From the IMG/VR virus record IMGVR_UViG_3300027963_000035, positions 186,001-250,000 of that record: a stretch of 64,000 bases of DNA; one strand, given 5' to 3'. The notes below the pieces were generated by a model that did not search any database, had not been told where the DNA came from, and was given only the letters and a program-made list of their open reading frames with translations. The position numbers were made by a program, and so were the translations under genes. Numbering within the stretch: position 1 is the first letter of the stretch; every line of letters starts with the position of its first letter. Shown here in pieces: positions 43,848-54,404 of this stretch.

Positions 43848-44176
43848 GCGGTTTGCCGGTCGTCTACGATTTCCCGGAAAAAATTAGTTATTTGAAATTA
43901 AAAACAACACATAGAAAACAAAAGACTAGGTGAAAAGCTAGAAAAGCCAAGATTAGTCCAGATGCAATTAAAAACGGACTCACGAAATTGACATATTCGG
44001 CTATTTCTCTTACTCTTTTTTCAGTTGTTTTGCCCTGAACGGCTAAATAATTCAACTGGACATCGTTTATGTCCCCATTAACATATCTCATCGCCAGTTC
44101 GTATTCTTTTTCTGTGTAGGTCATCTCCCTATTATACAGAAAATAAAAACAGACTCAAATATCTAAATAAAGTATC

Positions 44177-46051
44177 ATGAATTTTAAGAACTGGTTCTTT
44201 TTAAACGAAAATATAGCTTCCGACTTTGATACGTACCTGGCTAATTTGGTCAAATACGCCAAACCAGAAGAAAAAAGATATTTGGATGCTCATCCTCAGA
44301 TAGTGTCATTTCCTCCTAAAGATATCATAATTCAGGTTTTAAAAGAAAAGAATCTTGAAAACTTTAATTGGTTTAGTTTCTCAATGGGTTATTGGAGCGT
44401 AAAAAGATACAGAAAAGAAGATTTGGAAATTTCAATCAATGTTGCCAAAAAAATGATTGATAGCGGTAAATTGCCTAAAAGTGAAATAGGAGTTAAAGGT
44501 TGGTTTAAGGTTGGACAAGAAATCAAAGAAAAAGTTGAAGAATACATAAAATCAACCCAAGAAATAAGCAATAGACAAGAGAGAAAATTAAGAAAAAGTG
44601 GTGAGACACTAGAGGGTGATGATAAGCTAATAGAATTGGTTGCCACAGACGCTGATTTAAAACTTTATTTTCTACCGGCTTTGGGAAGTGGGACAGAACA
44701 CGGATTGCCAAAAGATGAAAATGAAATAAAAGCCAGAAAAAGAATATTATGCAGTTATGGTAAAGGGACCCAATGGTGTACCGCAGCACCAGATGGAGAT
44801 TATCATGAAAGCTACTTAGGAAATAATATTTATATTATCCATGATAAAGATAAACCAGTGTATCAATTTGTAAATTGTTTAGATGAGGGAGAAGATAGTC
44901 ATCAATTTATGGATGTTGAAGACAACCATGTTGAAGAATTAGATGTGAAATATTATGACTTTTTAAAGAAATATGCAAACGGAGCAAGCAGTTGTTATAA
45001 CATCAGGTTAAAATTTGATAGTTCCACATTTTTGAATCCATTAATAGATAAAGATCTAAAGAAAAATATATCAGGCCGGAATTTAGCGGAAATTATTAAC
45101 AACAACTCAGGAGTGTATCGTAGAGATGATTTTTTCAAGATAGCATCTATGATCAAGGACTTAAATATTAATTTTGATGCATTTAATATACGTGATTTTC
45201 TTTGGAATATAGATTCATTAAATATCAACAATCCTGCTATCAAGAAAATGGTCGCTGACCATACGGGTGAATTGGTAGGAGCACAAATTCATGATCTTAT
45301 TGCTAATTCGCCGCCACTGGCGAAAGCAAAGTCGCATTCGGGAAATAGCAGGCTTGATACAAAATTAGATACATATCAAATGGTGGATATTATTGGTAAA
45401 AACAATCTAACTAAAATGAATGTGGTTCATATAATTGGAATTATACAAAGGTCTACAAATAAAACAGAAATGGCAAAACTATTAGGGACTGAATTAATAA
45501 GTAAATTAAAAACAGACCCAGCAGAGATTGTGGGTTGGATTGTTCATTCGGATAATATCAAAGAAACACTTAATATTCTCGGAAAAGAAAACATTAAAGG
45601 CTTGCTTCCAAGTGAAGTTGATACTGTATTTAGGAGCAAATATCTTCGAGCAAGAAATTCTCGAGAAAATATGGAATATCTGGTGAAAGAGTTCCTGGAT
45701 GCTGGATTGGTGTTCAATATGGGCTCAGTTTCTGCGATACTTCTTAACGAACACCCACAGTCGTGGTGGCGAAGCGACAGGCCATCTGATTACATGTTCA
45801 GAATGATCAAGATGCTTGGTAAAGAAAATGTAAGTAAATTATGGCATGACTCTATAAGCAGAATGTTTAATGAAATTTATGAAAAAAAGGGAATCGAAGG
45901 TCAAAAAGAATTAGCTAAATTATTGAAAGATTATTATCTGCATCCCGATAACAATAAGAGCATGAACCAAAAGCATACAGACTATAGAATGTCGGACTAT
46001 GCCAAAATAGAAAATCTAATTAATAAGCACTTAGATCAAGTGGCAGTCTAA
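44177..46051 (+). CDS. Large hypothetical phage protein (possibly late-expressed)
   Basis: 624 aa; YGKGTQWCTA motif; TAAATA upstream. Confidence 0.6.
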   Translation: MNFKNWFFLNENIASDFDTYLANLVKYAKPEEKRYLDAHPQIVSFPPKDIIIQVLKEKNLENFNWFSFSMGYWSVKRYRKEDLEISINVAKKMIDSGKLPKSEIGVKGWFKVGQEIKEKVEEYIKSTQEISNRQERKLRKSGETLEGDDKLIELVATDADLKLYFLPALGSGTEHGLPKDENEIKARKRILCSYGKGTQWCTAAPDGDYHESYLGNNIYIIHDKDKPVYQFVNCLDEGEDSHQFMDVEDNHVEELDVKYYDFLKKYANGASSCYNIRLKFDSSTFLNPLIDKDLKKNISGRNLAEIINNNSGVYRRDDFFKIASMIKDLNINFDAFNIRDFLWNIDSLNINNPAIKKMVADHTGELVGAQIHDLIANSPPLAKAKSHSGNSRLDTKLDTYQMVDIIGKNNLTKMNVVHIIGIIQRSTNKTEMAKLLGTELISKLKTDPAEIVGWIVHSDNIKETLNILGKENIKGLLPSEVDTVFRSKYLRARNSRENMEYLVKEFLDAGLVFNMGSVSAILLNEHPQSWWRSDRPSDYMFRMIKMLGKENVSKLWHDSISRMFNEIYEKKGIEGQKELAKLLKDYYLHPDNNKSMNQKHTDYRMSDYAKIENLINKHLDQVAV

Positions 46052-46423
46052 TTTTGGTTTATCTTTCTTAGTTTCTTTTTTTACTTTTAAAACATTCAAA
46101 GCTTTTACACTCTGCACTGATTTTTTTGCTTGATTAAGATTATCAGCAGAACCTTGATCAAAAAGTTCTTGGGCTGAATGTAGATTTTCTATAGAGTATT
46201 CCAATTCTATTTGTTCTTTTATATTTCCTTCTTTATCTAGAGTCTGCTTTAGTGTTTTAGGAACACTATAGCAAGCAAAACACATTTTTGGATATAGATT
46301 GTTATCTACAAAAGGTTTGTTTTTGTGACTAGTAACTACAAGATCCATCTTTTGTTGACAAATTGGGCATTTCATACTATTATTATACTGTGGATAATAA
46401 AATAGTCAACAAAAAATGGGGAT

Positions 46424-47164
46424 ATGAGAATATTAGTAGTTGGCGAATCCTGCTCTGATGAATACATCTACGGGACATGCGAAAGAGTATGTCCAGAAGC
46501 TCCTGCATTGTGTTTTAAAAATAATGGAAAGAAGAACTCGACAGATGGCATGGCAGCAAATGTCGTTAGAAATATTCTTTCTTTATTGCCTTCTGCAGAT
46601 GTGGATTTAATAACAAATAAACAAAAGATAATAAAAAGAAGATTTATTGATACAAGATATAACTCAATAGTCTTTAGAGAAGATATTCACGATAATTGCG
46701 AAAGAATAAACACTAAAAAATACAAACATCAAAAATATGATGCAATAGTAATATCAGATTATAACAAAGGGTTTTTACAAGAACCTGATTTAGAACTTAT
46801 ATGCAAAAACAGTGCTGTTAGGTTCGTGGATACAAAAAGAAAACCAAAAGATTTATCCTTTATTGACTTCTTGAAGGTAAATCAAAAAGAATACCTGAAT
46901 AACATTCAAGGCTTAAAATTCCCTGACTGTTGCCACCTAGTAGTTACAGACGGGGAGAATGGGGCAATACACTTCCACAAACAAAAAATAAAAAAATATC
47001 CAACAAGGAAAGTTGAAATTAGAGATGTTTGCGGCGCAGGAGATACTTTTCTTGCCGCCCTTGTTGTGGGCTACCTAAAAACTAATAAAATAGAAAAGAG
47101 CATAAGATTCGCAAATCAATGCTCTTTGAAGGTAGTCCGTCAATTTGGAGTATCAACTCCATGA
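46424..47164 (+). CDS. PfkB-family heptose-7-phosphate kinase (RfaE/HldE domain I-like)
   Basis: ERVCPEAP, GMAANV, ISDYNKG, DVCGAGDTF. Confidence 0.85.
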   Translation: MRILVVGESCSDEYIYGTCERVCPEAPALCFKNNGKKNSTDGMAANVVRNILSLLPSADVDLITNKQKIIKRRFIDTRYNSIVFREDIHDNCERINTKKYKHQKYDAIVISDYNKGFLQEPDLELICKNSAVRFVDTKRKPKDLSFIDFLKVNQKEYLNNIQGLKFPDCCHLVVTDGENGAIHFHKQKIKKYPTRKVEIRDVCGAGDTFLAALVVGYLKTNKIEKSIRFANQCSLKVVRQFGVSTP

Positions 47165-47550
47165 AAACAATCTGGACTAACGGATGCTACGATATTTTGC
47201 ATATAGGCCATATTAGGCTTATGAGATATGCAAAGAGTCTTGGAGACAGATTGATTGTTGGAATAGACAGCGATCAAAGAGTTTCTTTATTAAAAGGCAA
47301 AGACAGACCTTTTAATAAAGAAGAAAATAGAAAAGAATTTCTTCTCACTATCAAATACGTGGATAATGTCTTTATATTTGATAGTGAAGAAGAGATGAGG
47401 AAACTATTATATGATCAACAAGTAGACATTATAGTTGTAGGTAAAGAATATGAAAACAAAAAAGTAGTAGGATCAGAATTAGCAGAAGTTAGATTTTTTG
47501 ATAAGGTTGAAAATTATTCAACCACCAATGTTTTTTTAAACTCCAGATAA
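47161..47550 (+). CDS. Nucleotidyltransferase (RfaE/HldE domain II-like)
   Basis: TNGCYDILHIGH, GIDSD, KGKDRPFN, YSTT. Confidence 0.85.
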   Translation: MKTIWTNGCYDILHIGHIRLMRYAKSLGDRLIVGIDSDQRVSLLKGKDRPFNKEENRKEFLLTIKYVDNVFIFDSEEEMRKLLYDQQVDIIVVGKEYENKKVVGSELAEVRFFDKVENYSTTNVFLNSR

Positions 47551-48249
47551 CTATTAAGATATTCCTTGTCTTCGGATTCTTTTTTCTTTCCAAAACAATT
47601 AAGAATATGAAAATCCTCAATGTTCTTTGGAAGAACATCCTTTAAAACATGAACACTATAGAGATAGGCTTCCCTCATGTTTCCCTTTTTAAGGAAGATC
47701 TTATCCTCAGTTTCTTTACTTAGCCTTCCATGATCAAAGGCATAATATAAAGCCCACTTTGGATCAAATTTTGATGCAATCTTAGCCAGAACAGATTCAT
47801 CCTCTAACTTATTTCCGGCAGCAAGATCGAGAATAAACCTATTAAATTCTCTATTGGGCTTAGTTGTATAACTGGGCGAGGTGTAATCCGATCTTAGAAG
47901 AGAGTTTTCATCTCCGTATCCAAAATCTTTGCCTACTTCTTCAATTAAACTCGCACAAGCCTGTACAATTTCCCTATCTAGCTTCTTACCACTAGGATTG
48001 TTACTTACACCATCATAATCCTCTAGTTCATCATCATAGCAATCTTCATAAGGACTCCAAGAATAACCATTGACGCTTTCAAGTCTTACACTATCGTAGT
48101 AATTGCTATCATCATATTCATTGGTTACAGAGAAGCCAATTGAATTAAGCTCGGGAACACTCCTGAACAATGAACTGATAAGTTGCCTATCGCTAATGAT
48201 ACTCTTGAGAGTTTCCCTGATATCGTTATTCTTATAAAACTCGAGCATT

Positions 48250-48879
48250 TTAAAACCTATACTTCCTTGAAGGATGACGGAATTTTATTTGCCAACTATT
48301 ATTGCTTTTTTGACCAGCACAATCCTTTAGGACGCTATCTCTCTTTTTTAACACAAAGCCTTCATCAACATCTTTATCTTTGATATTGTTGAAGAGATCT
48401 AGGATACCTTCTTCGATATTTTTTGCAAGCCAAAATCTTGGCTCAATTTCAAAGTGGCTGTATTCTTCTTTTTTATTTTCAGGATGGAAAATATCTCTCA
48501 GAAGATTCTGCCGTTCAGTAAAAGTCTTTCCATAAAGTTCTTCGGAGTTATGGACGATAATATCAAAGATATAAACAGTGTCCTTGATGCTGGTTGTTTT
48601 GCTGTGAATTACTTCACCAACAAGAACGTGCCACTTATCGGCCGGAAGATACTTTGTGAAACAATCCCTAAAATAGTTGGAAAATTCCCACTGTTTATGG
48701 TTATCATTGTGGCGAGTCATTGCAATAAAATCTTTGGGATGATTGATTGCAAAGATGCTACAAGTGCCATTCTTCTTGTATTGCCCAGTATACCCCGACT
48801 TTTCAAACACCGGGATTCTATCCGGCGGCAGGGCATTTTCCGGGCGAGGCGGATAAAGATATTTAAAACTATCGTACAT
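48250..48879 (-). CDS. Minimal ATP-dependent ligase/capping-fold nucleotidyltransferase
   Basis: KKNG (motif I), VGEV, IFDII, EGFVLK, QIKF; no OB domain. Confidence 0.7.
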   Translation of the reverse strand: MYDSFKYLYPPRPENALPPDRIPVFEKSGYTGQYKKNGTCSIFAINHPKDFIAMTRHNDNHKQWEFSNYFRDCFTKYLPADKWHVLVGEVIHSKTTSIKDTVYIFDIIVHNSEELYGKTFTERQNLLRDIFHPENKKEEYSHFEIEPRFWLAKNIEEGILDLFNNIKDKDVDEGFVLKKRDSVLKDCAGQKSNNSWQIKFRHPSRKYRF

Positions 48880-49091
48880 AATTACTTTACTTTACATACT
48901 CCAAGTATTCATTTTCAACAAGGCAATCCCTACAAACCTTTTCCTTTGTATACGCACCGCACTCGCTGCAAAAACTATTCTTGTTATTAACGTAATTCTT
49001 CTTAATGACCTTTTCAAGAACCTTCTGGTCGATCCAATCTTTATCTTTCATGTTTCTCTCTATTGTTTTTTGAGTCTCTCTGACAAGAGAC

Positions 49092-49111
49092 TACCGTACC
49101 TGAGAGAAACT
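49092..49111 (-). promoter_or_regulatory. Conserved promoter-like motif (12)
   Basis: taccgtacctgagagaaact. Confidence 0.65.
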
Positions 49112-49649
49112 CTTCTTGATAAAATTCTTTGGCTTTATGTAATCTGTTGCCATTAAACGCACAAAGATTCGTCGGCCATCCTTTTCGCAAACAACACCTT
49201 TATGGGGATCTTTACTGGAGTATACAACAAAAGTTTCCTCGGGCACTTCAAAAGATTCTTTGTCCTTTAGAAGTAGCTCCAGAAATTTATTCTGCTCATC
49301 TCTCGAACTTGGAAAACCCTCTAAATTAAATTGTTCTTTAGGGAACAAAGTTCTATTTGGCCCGCTAACCCAAAGACAATATTGATTATTGCTTTCATAT
49401 TCACCATCAACATGATAGCGAACATCGACACAAGTCTTTTGATTTTTCTTGTGGTCTTTAATGATTAGATCCACAAGATAATATTTATGATCATTATTCA
49501 GATGAGTTTTCATTCTGAGTAGTAAATCAGAGAATTCAGGGAAGTCTTTCACGAATTTGTTAAATGAATAGTCTTTAACAAAGACTTCGCCAGACTTTGA
49601 TTTGAATTTATAGTTTTCTAGAATTTGCACGGCTTCTCTCCTGAACAGG

Positions 49650-49669
49650 AACCGTACCGGAGGGAAAGG
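49650..49669 (-). promoter_or_regulatory. Conserved promoter-like motif (13)
   Basis: aaccgtaccggagggaaagg. Confidence 0.65.
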
Positions 49670-49675
49670 ATTTCT

Positions 49676-50272
49676 TTAACTATCGTCTTCAATAAGTCCT
49701 TGGGCAAAGTCGTCTCCAAAACCTTTTTGACTATAATAAATAAATATCCATTGCTCGCCTACTTCTCTGCCGTCGAACCCATAATCCTTTAATAATTTAT
49801 ACCACCAAGATGGACTATTTTTGTTGTCTTTTATAACTACTTTACATTTTTGTCTTGGGGTGCCTTGGCTGCCTAGTTTTTCGAATATTCTAGAGAGTAA
49901 ACTTTCGATTACTTTTTTTGCATCCTTTTTTGTATTTAAAATCAAGATTTGATAAAATGTATTTGTTGAAGCAAAGATGACAAAACCTATTATTTCTCCA
50001 TCTTTATCTTCACAAACCAAGCCGAGCATATTAGGATCGCTTAAAGAATCCTCCAAATCTTTCTTTATTCGCTTCTTTTCAGATTGGGCCTTACCACGAC
50101 AAGCTATTTCGGCAACAGCCTCTATATCCCTTCTTATCATCCACCTGGAGGCGTATATGGGCTTCGGCTTATTTACTTCATCCAATAATTTAAAACTGGT
50201 GGCTCTATTGAATAGCCCCTTTTGTACTATTGGATTTCCTTGCTCGCTATAGAATTCAAAATAAGACAGCAT
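49676..50272 (-). CDS. RimI-like GNAT-fold protein
   Basis: RWMIRRDIEAV...GLVCE...IIGFVIF...ILIL. Confidence 0.5.
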   Translation of the reverse strand: MLSYFEFYSEQGNPIVQKGLFNRATSFKLLDEVNKPKPIYASRWMIRRDIEAVAEIACRGKAQSEKKRIKKDLEDSLSDPNMLGLVCEDKDGEIIGFVIFASTNTFYQILILNTKKDAKKVIESLLSRIFEKLGSQGTPRQKCKVVIKDNKNSPSWWYKLLKDYGFDGREVGEQWIFIYYSQKGFGDDFAQGLIEDDS

Positions 50273-51083
50273 AAATATTATAATTTTCCTTTATAATATT
50301 TATGCTATCGGTATTTAAAACGAAAAAATTAATCCTTGTATGGAATTATTTTTTTTCTGACAAAATACAAATTTATGAAAAATCCACAAAAAGCAGAAAA
50401 AATATTGCTCACTCCTGGATATGTGGTATCTTGGAGGGGATTAATAAACAAACTCACAAAGAGACTAATCCAAAAACTACTACATTCGTGACACAACAAA
50501 GCTGTTCTTATGTATGGAACTTTTGCCACCATGTTCCTAAAAGGAACACTTGCATCAGTATCGCTCCAACCATAAGCAACTCCCAAACAAGTTATTAAAT
50601 AGATTAAAAAAATCATAGAAAATATACTTTTAGTGAATCTCCATTTTCTACAACACTAAATGCACGGAAATACTTCCCACCACTTGTAATTTCTTGTGCA
50701 AAAGTCTTCCAAGCCTCATCTCCCTTACTGACAGTCAAAATCCTACCTGAGTAATTATTGTCAATTCTCTGAGTTTTTATTTTTTGAAGCTCAGTATTTA
50801 GAGAATTGGGGTCTTTAATATACTTGTTAAGTACTCCTGGAGACTCCTCTAATTTAGTTGTAAAGAACTTGACCACTCTTCCTCTGCAACTGCAGTTTGG
50901 ATTTGTTCTAAACGTAACTAAATCTGCAAGAATATCTGGGAAATCTGATTTAAGTGATTCAAACGTTGAATCATCTTTCATTAAAATTGGTAGCGCATCA
51001 TTAACATTAGAAACATCAATCATTTTTTACTCCTTTTTTTAAAAGAATTGTTAAGTTTAATATAGTCTTTTTTAAATCAAAAA

Positions 51084-51374
51084 TCAAGAAAGAACTGCTT
51101 TTATTGATTGCGGTTCCATTAGAACCTTATCTCTTTCGCTATCATCATAATTTGGGACGGGTACGCCAGTGCCAGATAGCAATACTCTGTCGCCAACCTT
51201 GAATCCGTAATCTTCTTTAAGCATTGGTCCAACCGCCAATACAATTGCCTGGAAATCCCGCATTGTCTTAGAGGCTTCATTTAAAATAATCTTTGTACCA
51301 AGCATTTCTTGGGCACTTAAAAGTTCAAGTAATACTTGATATCCACATGGTGAACACTGTTTAACTTTGCTCAT
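51084..51374 (-). CDS. GroES-like co-chaperonin
   Basis: PCGYQVLL, KIILNE, VLAVGP, FKVGDRVL, IKAVL. Confidence 0.78.
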   Translation of the reverse strand: MSKVKQCSPCGYQVLLELLSAQEMLGTKIILNEASKTMRDFQAIVLAVGPMLKEDYGFKVGDRVLLSGTGVPVPNYDDSERDKVLMEPQSIKAVLS

Positions 51375-52729
51375 ATTTTCTTTCTTTCTTTTTAAATTAA
51401 TAAAGTTCTTCAAATATTATAGTGTAAAATTTTATTTTAGTAAAGAGTAAATTTCAAAATTATTATCAGAAGGATAAATACTATGTAGTTCAAACTTTTA
51501 TCAAGGAGGTAAAGATGAACAATAACTTAGAGATTGTGGATTCAAGCAAGGATAAAGAAACATTTGTTTATTATGTGTCAAGAATAAACAAAAAAATTCC
51601 TTGGCCAAGCAATTCAAACATTGCTGTATTTGCTCTAAAGGATGAGCCAAATAGAGACCAATTAATCAAGCGTTTTAGAATGCTTACAATAGGAGACAAC
51701 AACGTTAAAGTAGTTGCAGTAAACAATCCATTTGCAGAAAATGTTTATAAAAGCGATGAAGATAAATAAAAAAAAAGGTATCCAGATCACTCTGGGTACC
51801 TTTTTCTATAAACTTTTTCTAATAAACTTGTAAATTCAAATTTATTTTCTGCTTCTTCTGTTCTGAATCCACGTTCATCAACATGAATGTAGTCTGAATG
51901 GCTGCATATCCATTGCGGACCCAATATAAGAATAAGGCAATATGCTGCCTCTTCTGGATCTGATTGGTCTGTGATGAGTGATTTATTTCTATATTTTACA
52001 TAGTATTTTGGCATGTGCTTATTGTAGCACATTTAATATGTTTAATCAATCCATCATAAGAGGATTAATACTTCTCAGAACTTCCTCCCTATCCAAAGTG
52101 ATGGTGACTCTCTGGCCGGAGGTTTGCCATTCAACCCAAGCACGGCAACAGCCGCATAGAGGCTCGTATTCTTCGCATGGAGGCCCAAAATAACTCTGGA
52201 CTTCGTTGTAAGTCATTGGGAGGGTAACATCAACATGATTGATGCTATGACCGTATTTTGCTTTAAGTGCCTCCAATTGTTTTTTGGAGCCCTCCATGAG
52301 TTTATTTTTTTTATTTTTTTTAGCCATTATGTTAACTTTAATAATGCTCCCTAGTCACCCATGAGTCTATATCGAGACCAAACTCAATACCAATTTCACA
52401 CAATTTGGAAAAAACTTTGTTTTGATTTTTGGTAAATTGATCTTTATTGCCCCAATAATTACCATCTTGTATGTTGCCGATAACCAAGTCGGCTAAATAA
52501 CGAAGTTCAGTTTTTGTTAATTCTAATTCGGTGGTTTTCATTAATTCTCCGTAGCATCATCAATATACCAATCATATTCTCCATCCTTGGCAAATTCTTT
52601 CAAATCACCACTAAGACTATCAATAGCAAAAGTAGCGTCCTCGCTATTAGCATCTTTAATTTCGGGGAAATCAAATACTACATAAACTTTCATTTTATCA
52701 CCTGAATATAACTTGTTATATTTAATATA

Positions 52730-54055
52730 TCACTCTTTGAAAAGCAGACCACGATCCGCTAACAGGCTGCAAATCTTTTTCATATCTGCTTTTTTGGGCT
52801 CATTATTTCCACGAGCCTTGAACTGAACAATGTTCTTTCTTGCAACTTCAACATTATAAATCATTTCATTGGTATTCTTGTCCATGACTGCAAATACAAC
52901 TGTCTTGGCCTTCAAAACATTGTCAGCATAACCGTGGATGCAGTTCTGCATAATATTAGTCCACTCTTTGAGATCGTAATTTGTATTGGGCATCAACAAT
53001 CTCATATCGTCAACTTCATGTTCATTGAGACTCCAAAAGTCAGGGAAATTTTCCTTGATTTTAAGATCGAATTCGGGATCCTGCAACTTGGCAGTTTCCT
53101 TGTTAAGATAGTTAAGGATTTCATCTGCGTTGTTTACAAGACCAACCTGTTGAACGTCCAGGTTAATGGTTTCCTTCAACCTTGGGTATTGATCCCCGAT
53201 TTCAATGAATGCGGCCTGACGAGTTGAACTCTTGAGAAAATTAAGGATTTTCTTTTGGTTGTAAGATCCGTCTTTTTCTCTTGTGTAATCTTTAATAAAA
53301 CTATTCAAACCGCTATAGCCGGCAATATCTCCGAAGTCAACGTTAAAGATATTCTTTTCAATAACTTCATAAAGATTGTCTGCATGAAGAGCATCCTTGA
53401 AGGCTTCTCCAAAAAAGAAAAACCTATAGTCCAAGAAATTATTATCAGGCTTGAAAATATTCTGCAGTGCAAGTTTCTTGAGTTTCTTAGCACTAAATCC
53501 GAAAACACTTTCAAGAACCTCATCAAGATTTTTACGATTGCTAAATGCTGTGAAATATTTCTCGGGACAATTAGCAATATTATAAAAATGAATATGAGAA
53601 TCAGATTGATTCTTTTTATTCAAAACACTATTTGTCTGATCTGAATTGTTGTTTGAATAAATCAGATAGAACCCATCCTCGGTAACAGGATAGGCACTGT
53701 TCTCAATAAGAGCCTGAATCATTTCAGAGGCAGCATGATCATCGACCCTATTCTTTAGATTATACCAGAAGTTGAAAAGACTTTTGAATACCCAACTTGT
53801 TTCTTTGAAAAGAAGAAACTGATTGCCCAATATGCTCGGGATAGGATCCTTGCCATAATGGACAAGTCCATCAATAACCGTGAAACCATCTTTATTGAGA
53901 TTCTTGGTAGGATTAATAGCATCCGCAACCAATTCAAACTTACCTTCATTCAGGTATGTCTTAATCTTATCATACCTATAGTCATTATTGCTAATGGTAT
54001 AAGTTTGACCCGAAGTATTTATAACAATTGAATTGGAAAGAAGATAGTATTTCAT
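52730..54055 (-). CDS. rIIB-like N-terminus fused to PcfJ-like C-terminus
   Basis: LFNFWYNL...YPVTEDGF (rIIB-like) and MQNCIHGY...YNVEV...IVQFK (PcfJ-like); follows rIIA. Confidence 0.6.
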   Translation of the reverse strand: MKYYLLSNSIVINTSGQTYTISNNDYRYDKIKTYLNEGKFELVADAINPTKNLNKDGFTVIDGLVHYGKDPIPSILGNQFLLFKETSWVFKSLFNFWYNLKNRVDDHAASEMIQALIENSAYPVTEDGFYLIYSNNNSDQTNSVLNKKNQSDSHIHFYNIANCPEKYFTAFSNRKNLDEVLESVFGFSAKKLKKLALQNIFKPDNNFLDYRFFFFGEAFKDALHADNLYEVIEKNIFNVDFGDIAGYSGLNSFIKDYTREKDGSYNQKKILNFLKSSTRQAAFIEIGDQYPRLKETINLDVQQVGLVNNADEILNYLNKETAKLQDPEFDLKIKENFPDFWSLNEHEVDDMRLLMPNTNYDLKEWTNIMQNCIHGYADNVLKAKTVVFAVMDKNTNEMIYNVEVARKNIVQFKARGNNEPKKADMKKICSLLADRGLLFKE

Positions 54056-54393
54056 GATTTCTTAGAGTTAATATAAAAGATCAATTCTTTTAGGATTTTT
54101 TCGTTTTCCTCGTCCACCTGCTCTGGTGTCATACCGTACCGGAAGGAACCTTTCGGGCTTATACCCGCACACAGCATCAGCGGATATTTGTCGTTGATCC
54201 TATCCTCCAAGACATTCAATTCCTTCATCAAGGACATTAAATTTTCTTTGACCTTGTAGTAGTTCTTAAATATATCACATTCGATTTTATCTTTATATTT
54301 TTCAAGTCTAAAAGTATGTTTAGTTTGAAAAAATTCATCGTTCTTATCAAAGCTTCTTCCACCACAAACGATTGTCCATATTTCTTTGATCAC
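54052..54393 (-). CDS. Small paralog of the rIIA C-terminal segment
   Basis: LEDRINDKYPLM...ELIFYINSK vs LENEINSKYPLL...DLVFYINNK. Confidence 0.6.
   Translation of the reverse strand: MIKEIWTIVCGGRSFDKNDEFFQTKHTFRLEKYKDKIECDIFKNYYKVKENLMSLMKELNVLEDRINDKYPLMLCAGISPKGSFRYGMTPEQVDEENEKILKELIFYINSKKS
54132..54151 (-). promoter_or_regulatory. Conserved promoter-like motif (14, intragenic)
   Basis: taccgtaccggaaggaacct upstream of 52730..54055. Confidence 0.55.
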
Positions 54394-54404
54394 GGCTTAT
54401 CTCC

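Noticed and set aside
46389-46397. DnaA box TTATCCACA as a replication origin
   Set aside because: Single copy inside a sigma70-like promoter spacer, with no cluster
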